DNA from: Octopus sinensis
Taxonomy: Eukaryota
Direction: 5' to 3'
Length of the DNA stretch: 64,000 nt
NCBI RefSeq assembly: GCF_006345805.1
Contig: NC_043001.1
Span: 27,218,001-27,282,000, forward strand
The translations under genes and the position numbers were made by a program. Positions 28,784-41,384 of this stretch are shown piece by piece (position 1 is the first letter of the stretch; every line of letters starts with the position of its first letter). Under the pieces are notes generated by a model, which searched no databases, had not been told where the DNA came from, and saw only the letters and a list, made by a program, of their open reading frames with translations.

Positions 28784-28844
28784 CTACAACTAAACCTAAA
28801 CCAACATGTTCTCCTGTCCAGATGCGATGTAAAGGAACAAATGT
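28784..28844 (+). CDS. LDLa 1, first half (TTKPKPTCSPVQMRCKGTNV), phase 1-2
   Basis: ttacag/gtaaga sites; two Cys spaced as LDLa C1-C2; in frame with 29456. Confidence 0.85.
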
Positions 28845-29455
28845 GTAAGATTTTTTACCTTTTTTTTGTAACGATACTTAAGAAATATTGAAAATTTCCA
28901 AAATTTTTTTTTTAAATTCTACTTTTTACTCTGTCATGTTATTTTACTTTTTACTATGTCATGTTATTTTAATTTTAAAAAGAAATATCTAGAATACAAA
29001 TTTGGTTAATAAGCATTACCTTTTGAGTCAACAGATGAGCCTCTGCCTAGCCACTCAGCCTTACAAGAAATAGCAGCCAAATTTCCTTCAGTTCACGCTA
29101 TAACATCTTACACAAGGAAGGAAATTCTGGAAAATGTGATTTTAGACTCACTATACCTGAAAATAAAATAGTATGGTTATGACTAGAATTCCTTGGAACA
29201 GAGGTCTGTTTGGTCAAGGCTCATTAGTAATTAAACAACAATGACATTGTTTCTTTTTTTTGAATGGCTAATTTTCAGTTTGTATTTATTCATATTAATA
29301 TTGCTAACAGTGAAATAAAATATCTAGCTTTACTGAGCAAGAAGAAAATAAATGAAGGTATATATATATATATATATATGCTCCAGGATTGCTCAATCAA
29401 AACAAATGTATACATTAAAGTCAACACTAAAAACTGCATATTTTTATCATAAAAG

Positions 29456-29526
29456 GTGCATTCCACTCACTTGGAGATGTGATGGAGAAAGAGACTGCAG
29501 AAAAGGTGATGATGAAGAGAACTGTC
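29456..29526 (+). CDS. LDLa 1, second half ([23 protein letters not shown]), phase 2-1
   Basis: aaag/gtaagt sites; LDLa motif CIxxxWxCDGxxDCxxxxDExxC. Confidence 0.95.
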
Positions 29527-31703
29527 GTAAGTATATTGGTATCAAGATATTGTACATAAAATTGAGATGGTATCATTAAATGCTTGGTAAATATTGGTTT
29601 CAAATTTTAGCACAAGGCCAGCAATTTCGGGAGAGAAAAGTTGACTACGTCAACTCCAGTGCTCAACTGGTAATTTTATCAACCCTGAAAAAAATGAAAG
29701 GCAAAGTCAGCCCCGGCAGAATTTGAACTCAGGATGTAAAGCTGGATGAAATGCTGCTAAACATTTTGCCCAGCATGCTAATGATTCTGCCATCTTGCTG
29801 CCTTATGTTTGGTAAACATCATAACAAAATGACAATAGGTGTAAGTAATGGTGGTTTAGGAAGGAACTTATAAAATATTGTTAAGAGGGACACTAGAAAT
29901 GACAGAGTGTCAGACAAGACAGAATGTCGACAATCTACAGATAATAAAGCATTTTTTCCTTCTCCCAAATTTTTAGTTTTCTGAATATGTTAATCCTCTA
30001 CCATTCAGATTACCCAGTCAAATGTAATGCTTATTTATTCACTTTGTTTTGAATTAATCCTTCATTATGTCATATATTCAAGATTTCGATGACATGATTA
30101 TTTATTTTAGGAAGGACATCAAAGTGCAGGTATGAGAGGCTGAATCTAGTCAGTTTGACCATAAAATAGGTAGAATATTTGGGCCAGATATAGTTGGCTT
30201 AAATGCATTGACTGCATTTCATCCTGGTTGATAAAATAAATATCAATCAAATACTGCTGTTGATATAAACAACTGTTATCACCCATCAAACATGTGATCT
30301 TTTGACAAAGAAAGAAATCATTATTTGAATTACAGAATTAGTAATATGCCAAATAAAATACTGTTTTCCATATTTAGTTCTAGCTTTTTAGGTGACAAAC
30401 AGGCAGAATCATTAGAATGCCAGGCAAAATGTTTAGTGGCGAGCTGGCAGAAATGCCTAGCAGTATTTTGTCAGCCGCTACGTTCGGAGTTCAAATTCCG
30501 CCGAGGTCGACTTTGCCTTTCATCCTTTCGGGGTCAATTAAATAAGTACCAGTTACGCACTGGGGTCGATTAAATAAGTACCAGTTACGCACTGGGGTCG
30601 ATATAATTGACAATCCATTTGTCTGTCCTTGTTTGTCCTCTCTGTGGGTAGTAAAGAAATAGGTATTTCATCCATCTTTATATACTGAGTTCAAACTCTG
30701 CCAAGGTTAACTTTACCTTTGATCCTTCCAGTGGCAATAAAAATAAGTACCAGTTGAATACTGGGGTTGATGTAATTGACTTATTCCATCCCCAAAATTG
30801 CTGGCCTTGTGCCAGAAATTTGAAATCAATATTCAGTTTCTTCCCTTTACATTCTAAATTCAGATTAATTCAGATTATCTTTGCCTTTTATCCTACCAGG
30901 GTTGAATAGGTACCAGTCATGTAGTGGAGTTGATTTAATCAATTGTGTTCCTATTTCAAATTTATGATCTTTTACTCATCATCATCATCATTATCGTTTA
31001 ACGTCCGTTTTCAATGCTGGCATGAGTTAGACGGTTTGACTGAGATCTGGAGAGCCAGTGGCTGCACCATGCTCCATTCTGATTTGGCAATGTTTCTACA
31101 GCTGGATGCTCTTCCTAACACCAATCACTCCAAGAGTGTAGTGGGTGCTTTTTACATGACACCAGCACAGGAGCCAGTCAGGCAGGCTTGGCATCGATCA
31201 CATTTGGATAGTGCTTTTTACATGCCACCTGCACTGGAGCCAGTCAGGTGGCTCTGGCATTGATCATGTTTGCATAGTGCTTTTTATGTGCCATCAGTAC
31301 ACAAGCCAGTCAGGGGGTACTGGCATTGGCCATGTTCATATCATGCTTTTTATGTGCCACCAGCAAAGAAGCCAGACATGGGGCACTGGCCACAGCTACG
31401 ATCTTGGTTTTATTTGATGCAACAGGTCTTCCCAAGCATATCATATCGCCTGACGCATCAAGGGTACTCTTAAATGGACCAGACATGCAACACTGACATC
31501 AGCCAATGCTGCAATCTCACTTTAGTTGCTGGGTCTTCTCAATCACTGCATATTTCCAAAGGTCTCAGTCTCCTGTCATTGCCTCTGTGAGGCCCAATGT
31601 TCGTAGGTTATGCTTCACCACCTCATCATGCTTCACCACGTGAATCATGACCTTCAAATATTGGGCCTCACATGTTCTTCATGTGATTCATTAATGCTTT
31701 CAG

Positions 31704-31822
31704 ATTGTTACAGTGGAAATGGTGTGTCCTACAGAGGGTCTGTATCAGAAACAGACGGAGGAACACCTTGCCTTAAATGGACAGAGAATCCTAAATATAA
31801 CACAATAAACTCTCCCAATGTA
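31704..31822 (+). CDS. Kringle 2, first half (DCYSGNGVSYRGSVSETDGGTPCLKW...SPNV)
   Basis: Paralog of 23184-23302 with 6 substitutions; splice sites intact. Confidence 0.95.
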
Positions 31823-34800
31823 GTAAGTTTACTTTGAATTTTAATTGCTTATCTTGACAATGGTTTGAATACATAGTTAGATAATTGATACTGACAATAA
31901 AAAAAAAACTGATATAAATAACAACCATTTAGATAATCCACCTCGAATAGCCATAAATTAATTATTGAGAGGAATACGATAAACAAAGGTAATAACTAGT
32001 TTATTGATAAACATTCTTATCGTTTTCTATAGCATCAGGTAAAACTGTTAGCAATGACCAAGCACTATTAGTTAGTGACATTAGTTATCTGAGATTTTTA
32101 ATTAAACTGAATCAGTAGCAGAATTTTATATATTTTGCTCAATCCAATCAAACAAAAATTACAGGTACTCATCAAAATGTGATGAGCTTACAGGTGATTC
32201 ATGCCCTCCAGATTCAGAACAGTAAAAGTGTTTAAAAACTTTAGCAAAAGCCACAAATTTTAGTGAGAACAGGTAAGTCAATTACATCGACGCTAGTGCC
32301 CAACTGGTATTTATCTTATCAACCACCAAGAAGGCAAAGTTGACCTTTGAAGAATTTGAACTCAGAACACAAATCTGGAAGAAATATTGCTGAGCATTTT
32401 GTCCAGAGTGCTAATGATTCTGGCAGATCACAGCCTTTCAGCTCAGTGCAATCAAAAAGAATACATAAGTATTTTAGGTTGCTATGATGAAAGAGAAAAT
32501 CCATTAGTTTGATTGGATCCACTTTTCAATGAAGACTCTTCTCTAAATATTAAATATTCACTTTTTTCTAGCTAAGCTAAATAATGCTCCCTTTTTCTGA
32601 ATTTAACAAAATTTGTCTATATTAAATTCTGAATTCTTACTTCGTAAGGTCCATAGTGGCTTTTATATTCGTTTTTTTTTTTATAAGTACTTCTGGTTTC
32701 TATGCCAAGGTTATGAATTGTTTTCTAGATTTTCATCATCATCATTGTCATCTAACATTCATTTTCCATGCTGGCATACGTTCATAGGAGTTGGCAAGGC
32801 CAGGGGCTGCATCAGGTTCCATTCTCTGTTTTGGATTGGTTTCTACTGCTGAATGTCCTTCCTAACATCAACCATTTTATAGAGTGTACTTTTTACATGG
32901 TGCTTTTTACATGGTACCATCACCAATGCTTTTTTATGTAGCACCATAACCAATAGTTTCTATGCAGTAAAAATAGTTCTAGAATTTTCTAGTAATGTAA
33001 ATTTTTAATAGCATATCCTTTCCATATCGTCCATGTCTAAGATAATAATGCATTAGCCTCAGCAGAGAGATACAGATATGATAGAATTCTTTCTTAGCAC
33101 TACCATTCTGATTTTGATAATTTAATGTAATTCTTACAGGTTCTACTTATTCATCATCAATTGAAAACCAAATAACAAATGATTATGATGGTGATGATGA
33201 TGATGATGATATTGTAATTTAATTATACATATATAAAATATATCATATATAATTCTTTGTTTACTTTTAACATCCACTTTTTACCATGCTTGCATTGGGC
33301 TGGATGGATATGTATAATATCCAGGCATGAATGTGTGGCAGGAAATTTGCTTCCAACCAATGTTTCCAGGTTCAATTCCACAGTGTGGTACTTTTGGTCA
33401 AGTGTCTTCTATTATATCCTTGGCCACCTAAAGACTTGTGAATGGATTTGGCTAACAGAAACTGAAAAAAGCCTATCATATATGAGGCAGGGGTGCCACA
33501 ATCACCTTACCTTGACATCACATGATTAGTGTAATTAGTGTAATTATGAAAGTTTACACCAGCGAGAAAATTCTTTAAAATTCTAAATTTAACATATTTT
33601 TATCAAAATGTGGTTTTTGTTTCAACTACAGAAACATAATTTTAATTTACTGCGAGGTATCATTTTTTTAAAACCATGAGATAGTGTTCCCCCTTTGTCA
33701 TTTCTCTCTCTCTTTACACTTAGGACTGTAAAATGAAATGTTATATATTTTAACAATTGACCCCTTTGCTGAGATTATTGTTCACTTTGTCATATGATTT
33801 ACAGGAATAAAAAGAAAAATACAATTTCCTATCTCTGTACATCTGAAATTGTGTGTTTATGAAGGTTATTAATACTGATATATGCAAATATGTATATTGA
33901 CAGAAAAATAATGCAGAGCATTACAAGTGTTCAAATCTACAGTAAGTTCTGCATTATGAACTTTCACAGTACATACTTGGAGTGCTTCTAGTTCACTGTC
34001 AGGCAAAGTTGTAAAATCTGATATGCATATATATGGTGAACCAAGGATATTTATGTAGCTAAGTTATGTCAGCATATTACCAGATTTCTTCATAAATTCT
34101 GACACTATCTTTGAGTCCTTGCTATTATTCTAAATTTATTTATTGAATGAGAGAGTGTTGTTACATAAATATCAGATATGAAGAGAAATTAAATCTGACA
34201 TATCAGAAAAACTATACGAATTGAGAATTAAATGTATAAACATGATTTTGTGACCAGCAAAAAAAAAATAAATAAACCATCCAGTGGGCAGTTTTCTGCC
34301 AGTGTGTAAAAATAACTGATCATAGTTCAGTGTCAATTTACATAACCAAGAATAAGATACTTGTTGACAACAGTCATTTAAGTAGGGATATTTTTTTTTA
34401 TTACTAGGAATCTCTCTGAAGTTCAAATAATGGACTGGCAGAATCAGTAGCACATTGTGCAAAGTGTTTAGTGATGTTTTTTCTGACAATCTAAGTTCTG
34501 AGTTTAAATACTGGGAGGTCAACTTTGTCTTTTTTATTTTAACCTTATGGGCTTGATGAAATAAATACCATTTAAGCACTGAAATCGCTGGAATTGACTC
34601 GTACCCACATCCTTGAAACTAAAATTTCAGGCCTTGTACCTATAAGAGAAAGAATTATTATTATTATTATTATTATTGTTGTTGTTGTTATCGTCGTCGT
34701 CGTCATTGTTGTTGTTGTTGTTCTTGTTGTTGTTGAGTGAGAGAGCAGGACATGCCATCAAAGTGACACTGGGGTACCAATATACAAAGCCCAATATACC

Positions 34801-35516
34801 CATCATCACTACTTGTCTGTAAGGAGACACCAGTCACATGCATCACCACCATGACTTTGCAGGTGGGGTTCAGAATTTTCATCGTGTCAAGTAGCCCATT
34901 CTGCTCAAAATTTCTCTGAATAAGATTTGTTTAAGGATGATGAATGCAATACCCATGTTTCCAGAGGTGAATTATTCAAACCCCAAAGAATTACCCTCAA
35001 CATTTGGCTTTTCTGCTCCCCAACTACTTCTGCTCATGATCAAATATGCACATATCATCAGCCTCTAAGGGACATGCTCAACTGGTTAAGGTCAAACAAC
35101 TGACAAGCAAATCTGTGGTAGTGAGCAGAATATGTGCTGTGGCCCATTTTAATACCAAGACAAAACAATGTACATGATAACACTTCCAATCAGTTAAAAT
35201 CAAAAGCCATTATTGTTGAGAGAGTAGTGCATGCCATCAAAGTGAAACTGGGTTAAAATATACGAAGCCTAGTATACCTATCATGACTACCCATCAGATA
35301 AGGGTAAACCAGGCAAATGCATCACAACCATATGTGTGCAACATGGTGATCTTATATCAAGATAAACAATGCATGATCTTGCATGTACATGATAACACTT
35401 CCAAGCAGTTAAGATCAGAACCCATGAGAGCCACTACTGGTACTGCATCAGAGCATTCATTATTATTATTGTTATTGTTGTTGTTATTTTTGTTATTGTT
35501 GTTGTTGTTATTATTA

Positions 35517-35578
<62 letters not shown>

Positions 35579-35579
35579 T

Positions 35580-36025
35580 AGTTTTATTTTTATAGCGTGC
35601 TTTCACTTCACTACCGAGCACAGCTCTGTGTGCCTTAGGTATGTGCTGTGATTTGTTGTGATGCTCTGATGGTTATTGTATGGAAAGTGTTCTGCGTAGG
35701 ATGTGTGCAGTGCCTAGTAGTGCAATTTTCTGTATGTTATATGTGTTTGTAAGTCCTGGTGTTTTTGTTATATATTTGTCTGAATATTTTTTTATCATGC
35801 CTAATGCACCTACTATGATAGGAATTGTTTCTGTTTTTAGATTCCGCATTCTGGTTACCTCTATTTTCAGGTCTTTGTATTTTGAAAGTTTCTCCATTTC
35901 TTTTAGAGACACGTTGTCATCTGCCGGTATTGATACATCAATTAGAAAGCATTTTTTTTCTTCATGATCTCTGACAATTATATCTGGTCTGTTGGCCTTA
36001 ATTTCTCTATCTGTGTGTATCGGCA
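35580..36025 (-). mobile_element. 3' end of an R4/Dong-clade LINE embedded in (TAA)n tracts
   Basis: ANRPDIIVRD...CFLIDVSIP...KEMEKLSKYKDL...PIIVGALG...LQ/IQKIALLGTAHILRRTLS; (ATT)n on both sides. Confidence 0.85.
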
Positions 36026-36028
36026 TTA

Positions 36029-36075
<47 letters not shown>

Positions 36076-36164
36076 GCCAAAATATATCTAACACATATCT
36101 CAAGCAACATATAAATGAAAATATAAACATTTGTAACTTTAAATTTCATTCCTACTTCCTCTAG

Positions 36165-36348
36165 GGTATCGGAGACCACAATTTTTGTCGAAACCCTGAT
36201 GATGATAAGCGTCCATGGTGTTGGGTAGCACCAGCTTTCCAAAATAAGTTTGGATACTGTAAAATTGATCAATGTAAAAATGTTACAGAAAGCACAACAG
36301 TGGAATCAACTGTGACTACATTCCCTACAACAGTGGCATCAACTACTC
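36165..36348 (+). CDS. Kringle 2, second half plus Thr linker (GIGDHNFCRNPDDDKRPWCW...KFGYCKIDQC...)
   Basis: Paralog of 26985-27168 with 15 substitutions; ctctag/gtaagt sites. Confidence 0.95.
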
Positions 36349-37206
36349 GTAAGTATTTTAAAAACAATTTAAACACCAAATGAAGAAAATCAGGCAATTA
36401 TTAGTGTTTAAATGAAAACTTCAACAGTAACAGATCATTATAAGGTGAAATATAAATCAGTTTGTAGTGTAAATATTTCCTGCAAAACTTAATTTGACTG
36501 TAAAATTAATGAGCTAAAATAAAGGACAGATTTTACATGTGGGACTTGATTTAAAATCAGCTACAGAAGATTATAAATTCTTTGAAATTAAATTTGGATT
36601 TAGATGAAGTTTCTTACTGCTAAACTGCTTCAAAAACAGATATTATTGTTTTCTGGTTTCTTTCTATCACTTTATGTTGCATTTTGTGCACATAATTTCT
36701 TACTTTCTGGACATCAGACTTACTAAATTAAGACATTTCTCTATGACTCCTGGTGCCACATAAAAAGCACCCATGCCAGTACCAAATGACAGCAACCATG
36801 CTGGTTCTACATATAAAACACCCAGGTCACTCTGTAAAGTGGTTGGCATTAGACAGGACATCCAACCATAGAAACTATGCTGAAACAGACAAGTGGAGCC
36901 TGGTGCAGCTCCCTGGGTGGCCAGCTCCTGTCAAACTGTGCAACCCATGCTAACACGGAAGACAGACGTTAAATGATGATAATGATGATGATGGTGGTGG
37001 TGGTGGTGGTGGTGATGGTGGTGGTGTTGGTGGTGTTGGTGGTGGTGGTTGTGGTGGTGGTGGTGGTGGTGGTGTTGGTGGTGGTTGTGATGAAGATTAT
37101 GTTTTAATACAGAATTATTAACTTGGATTACATTACTCAAATTCAAGGTAATAATGGGAGTCAATATGTGAGCAAATACAACGCAATATATACTCAAGAA
37201 ATACAT

Positions 37207-40160
37207 GCTGATTAAAAAAAAAAGCAAAACCTAAAGATCCACGTACAAAAAATATCATGCCACTTACGAAACAAACCAGTATGCAAATTAGAAGGCAGTC
37301 AAAAGTTGAATTTAAAAGGACACGAGGGGAACACACAAAATAAAGTCGTTAAACTTAGTTCAATACTTAGCCAGAACATGGAAATATTAGAATTAAATTA
37401 GAGCAATATAACAATGATGATACTGGATAATGATGATGATGATGATGATGACGATGACGATGATGACGATGATGACGATGATGATAATTATGATGATGAT
37501 GATGATGACGACATTGCCGACGACGACGATGATGATGATGTTGATGACAACGACAATGATGATGATGATGGTGACGATGATGATGTCAATGACGATGATG
37601 ATGATGACGATGATGTTGATGATGATGATGATGATGATGACGATGATGATGATGATGATGACGATGACGGTGATGATGATGACGACGATGATGATGATGA
37701 TGATGATGACGATGATGACGATGATGATGATGATGATGACGATGACGGTGATGATGATGACGACAATGATGATGACGATGATGGCGATGATGATGGTGAT
37801 GATGATGATGATGATGACGATGACGATGATGACGATGATGTTGATGATGATGATGTTGATGATGATGATGATGATGATGACGACGATGATGATGATGATG
37901 ATGATAGTGATGGTGATGATGATGATGATGATGATGGGGTAGAGGAACATCACAAAGCTGTTATTATAGATTCTAATGGCTTCTGCAGTGCATGCTGTTG
38001 TAGTTACTGATACTGTCCTTATTCCTGGTCTTGCCATTGTTGTTTTAACTATTGTTGCTGCTAATGTCATTGTTCTTAATTTGTATAAAAGGCTAATGTC
38101 ATATGTACAGCTATTGTTGCTGCAAGCGTTGTTGCCTTGCTGTTGCTATTGTCATTGTTTTCCTTATTAAATGCAACTTGTGATTATTCATGATTGTCCA
38201 GATGCTTCTTCTTCTTCAAGGCAAAAATTTGAACTCGTTTAATATTGCTATTGTAATACTTAATAGATGAAAGCAAAGCAGGAATCTTACTGCGCAGGAA
38301 ATCAGTTTAATCATATTTTCCTCAATACAAAAGAGGAGATAAATTAGATATTAAGACATTTTATCCTTTTATCTGTTATTTGCTTCCGTCATTAGACTGC
38401 GACCAGGCTGGGGCACCACTTTAAACAATTTTTACTTGAATGAATCAATACCAGTTTTTTTTTAAAAGCCAGGTACTTATTCTATTGGTCACTTTTGCCA
38501 AACCACTAAGTTACACACCAACACTAATTGTCAAGTTGTGATGGGGGACAAACACGGGCACAAAGACATGCACACGCACACACACATGCACACACGCACA
38601 CACACACGCACACACACACACACACATACACACTCTCACATGTATATGACAGGCTTCTTTCAGATTACATCAACCAAGGCTGATTAAAAAAAAAAGCAAA
38701 ACCTAAAGATCCACGTACAAAAAATATCATGCCACTTACGAAACAAACCAGTATGCAAATTAGAAGGCAGTCAAAAGTTGAATTTAAAAGGACACGAGGG
38801 GAACACACAAAATAAAGTCGTTAAACTTAGTTCAATACTTAGCCAGAACATGGAAATATTAGAATTAAATTAGAGCAATATAACAATGATGATACTGGAT
38901 AATGATGATGATGATGATGATGACGATGACGATGATGACGATGATGACGATGATGATAATTATGATGATGATGATGATGACGACATTGCCGACGACGACG
39001 ATGATGATGATGTTGATGACAACGACAATGATGATGATGATGGTGACGATGATGATGTCAATGACGATGATGATGATGACGATGATGTTGATGATGATGA
39101 TGATGATGATGACGATGATGATGATGATGATGATGATGACGGTGATGATGATGACAACGATGATGATGATGATGATGACGATGATGACGATGATGATGAT
39201 GATGATGACGATGACGGTGATGATGATGACGACAATGATGATGACGATGATGATGATGATGATAGTGATGGTGATGATGATGATGATGATGACGATGACG
39301 ATGATGACGATGATGTTGATGATGATGATGTTGATGATGATGATGATGATGATGATGACGACGATGATGATGATGATGATGATAGTGATGGTGATGATGA
39401 TGATGATGATGATGGGGTAGAGGAACATCACAAAGCTGTTATTATAGATTCTAATGGCTTCTGCAGTGCATGCTGTTGTAGTTACTGATACTGTCCTTAT
39501 TCCTGGTCTTGCCATTGTTGTTTTAACTATTGTTGCTGCTAATGTCATTGTTCTTAATTTGTATAAAAGGCTAATGTCATATGTACAGCTATTGTTGCTG
39601 CAAGCGTTGTTGCCTTGCTGTTGCTATTGTCATTGTTTTCCTTATTAAATGCAACTTGTGATTATTCATGATTGTCCAGATGCTTCTTCTTCTTCAAGGC
39701 AAAAATTTGAACTCGTTTAATATTGCTATTGTAATACTTAATAGATGAAAGCAAAGCAGGAATCTTACTGCGCAGGAAATCAGTTTAATCATATTTTCCT
39801 CAATACAAAAGAGGAGATAAATTAGATATTAAGACATTTTATCCTTTTATCTGTTATTTGCTTCCGTCATTAGACTGCGACCAGGCTGGGGCACCACTTT
39901 AAACAATTTTTACTTGAATGAATCAATACCAGTTTTTTTTTTAAAAGCCAGGTACTTATTCTATTGGTCACTTTTGCCAAACCACTAAGTTACACACCAA
40001 CACTAATTGTCAAGTTGTGATGGGGGACAAACACGGGCACAAAGACATGCACACGCACACACACATGCACACACGCACACACACACGCACACACACACAC
40101 ACACATACACACTCTCACATGTATATGACAGGCTTCTTTCAGATTACATCAACCAAGGCT
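37207..40160 (+). repeat. Tandem duplication of a ~1.47-kb intronic unit (37207-38678 / 38679-40160), each copy with a ~520-bp (GAT/GAC)n tract (37414-37936, 38886-39414)
   Basis: Unique flanks essentially identical; GCT microhomology at the junction. Confidence 0.92.
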
Positions 40161-40241
40161 TTGGTTGGCCCAAGGCTAGAGTAAAAGACACTTGCCCTAG
40201 GTGCCATGCAGTGGGACTGAAGAAAGAACCACGTGGTTAGA

Positions 40242-40699
40242 GTTCTCATTCCTAAGGTATTTTTCGATGTTGTTGTTATTCAGGTCACTGCCTGGAATCG
40301 AACTTGCAATCTTTGGGTAGAGCAACATCACAAAGCTGTGACACGAGGAGATATTGATAAATCGGTTTAGCTGATCATGTATGGAAAAATGAAGACCACC
40401 TCCCCCTGTGGGATGAAGTTAAAATAATAGACAGAGAACACCACTGGAAAATACGAAAACTAAAAGAAGCAGCACATATGCTAGGACACAACAACCTCCT
40501 AATCAGACCAAGTGCAGATATGAATAGCATATAGGAACCAGTATTAAGGAAAGATAGAAAAAGATTAGATTTATAAGCCCTAAAATTCATTCACTCCATA
40601 ATTGCCCATGGGCATGTGGCATAGTGGTTAAGAGCATGGCCTACTAACCCCATGATTGCGAGTTCGATTCCAGGCAGTGACCTGAATAATAATGATAAA

Positions 40700-40732
<33 letters not shown>

Positions 40733-40890
40733 AAGAATAACAACAACAACATTGAAAAATACCAATGGAATGAGAACCCAGGTTTGAAATTTTCCCAAGA
40801 CACCTGATGTAGCCTGGAGGGTATATCAGCCGAAATGTTGTAGTAACAACAAACAAGATGAGGACAAATATCTGTCAAATGTAAATAATA
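40242..40890 (+). mobile_element. Compact Penelope-like remnant: inverted partial pLTR, GIY-YIG C-terminus, then a pLTR with tRNA-like head and hammerhead-like motif
   Basis: LADHVWKNEDHLPLWDEVKIIDREHHWKIRKLKEAAHM at ~40370-40490; 40242-40320 is an inverted copy of 40641-40777. Confidence 0.75.
40799..40844 (+). ncRNA. Degenerate minimal hammerhead-ribozyme motif
   Basis: ACAC-CTGATGT-A-GCCTG/GAGGGTATAT/CAGCC-GAAA-TGT-T-GT: A9 changed to T, one stem II mismatch, stem III ACGT changed to ATGT. Confidence 0.55.
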
Positions 40891-41384
40891 TAAATAATGT
40901 AAATACTGTAAAAACTTTGGTATTTATGTTGGCAGTTAAACCATTTCTTCCACAAATTCTGCAGTGTCAACCAGTTCATAATTGTTGGGAAGTTCCAAAG
41001 GACAACCAATTCTGAACACTAAATATTATTGCCTCAAAAACTATGGAAGGTGATTGAGGATAAAGTCATACTCTTTACATGTTCAAACATTTCACACAGG
41101 GTTAAATAAAATACAACTGATTAAATCCATTTTAGTGAAATCTCCATAACTGATATATTGAAAAAATTCTTACCTTATCTGTTTTTCTTCCATAGTCATT
41201 GAATTCATAGTCACGTTGATATTTAGTTGTCTTTTTAATGTTCTGAGTTCAAATTTCACTGGTATCATTTTTATCTTTCTTTCATCTGGGTTCAGGAATA
41301 GCTTGATGTATAGGTGAACTGTCAACAGCACTGGAGAGCAAAAAGATTAAAGCTGTAACTGAGAAAAAGTTAGCTGACATTATT

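Larger units (their letters stand above)
31673..36972 (+). repeat. Kringle cassette, copy 2
   Basis: As above; carries an extra ~1.4-kb SINE/LINE insertion at ~34650-36075. Confidence 0.9.

Noticed and set aside
30538-30601. 32-bp tandem duplication
   Set aside because: A local slippage duplication inside a SINE copy; no wider significance evident.
35673-36272. 199-aa minus-strand ORF as a gene
   Set aside because: A chance fusion of the antisense kringle exon, an (ATT)n tract and a LINE endonuclease tail.
37393-39548. ~200-aa poly-Asp ORFs (and poly-Met, poly-Ile, poly-Ser ORFs) that look like acidic biomineral proteins
   Set aside because: They are stop-free readings of (GAT/GAC)n microsatellite in several frames and on both strands, with no signal peptide or splice sites, inside an intron.
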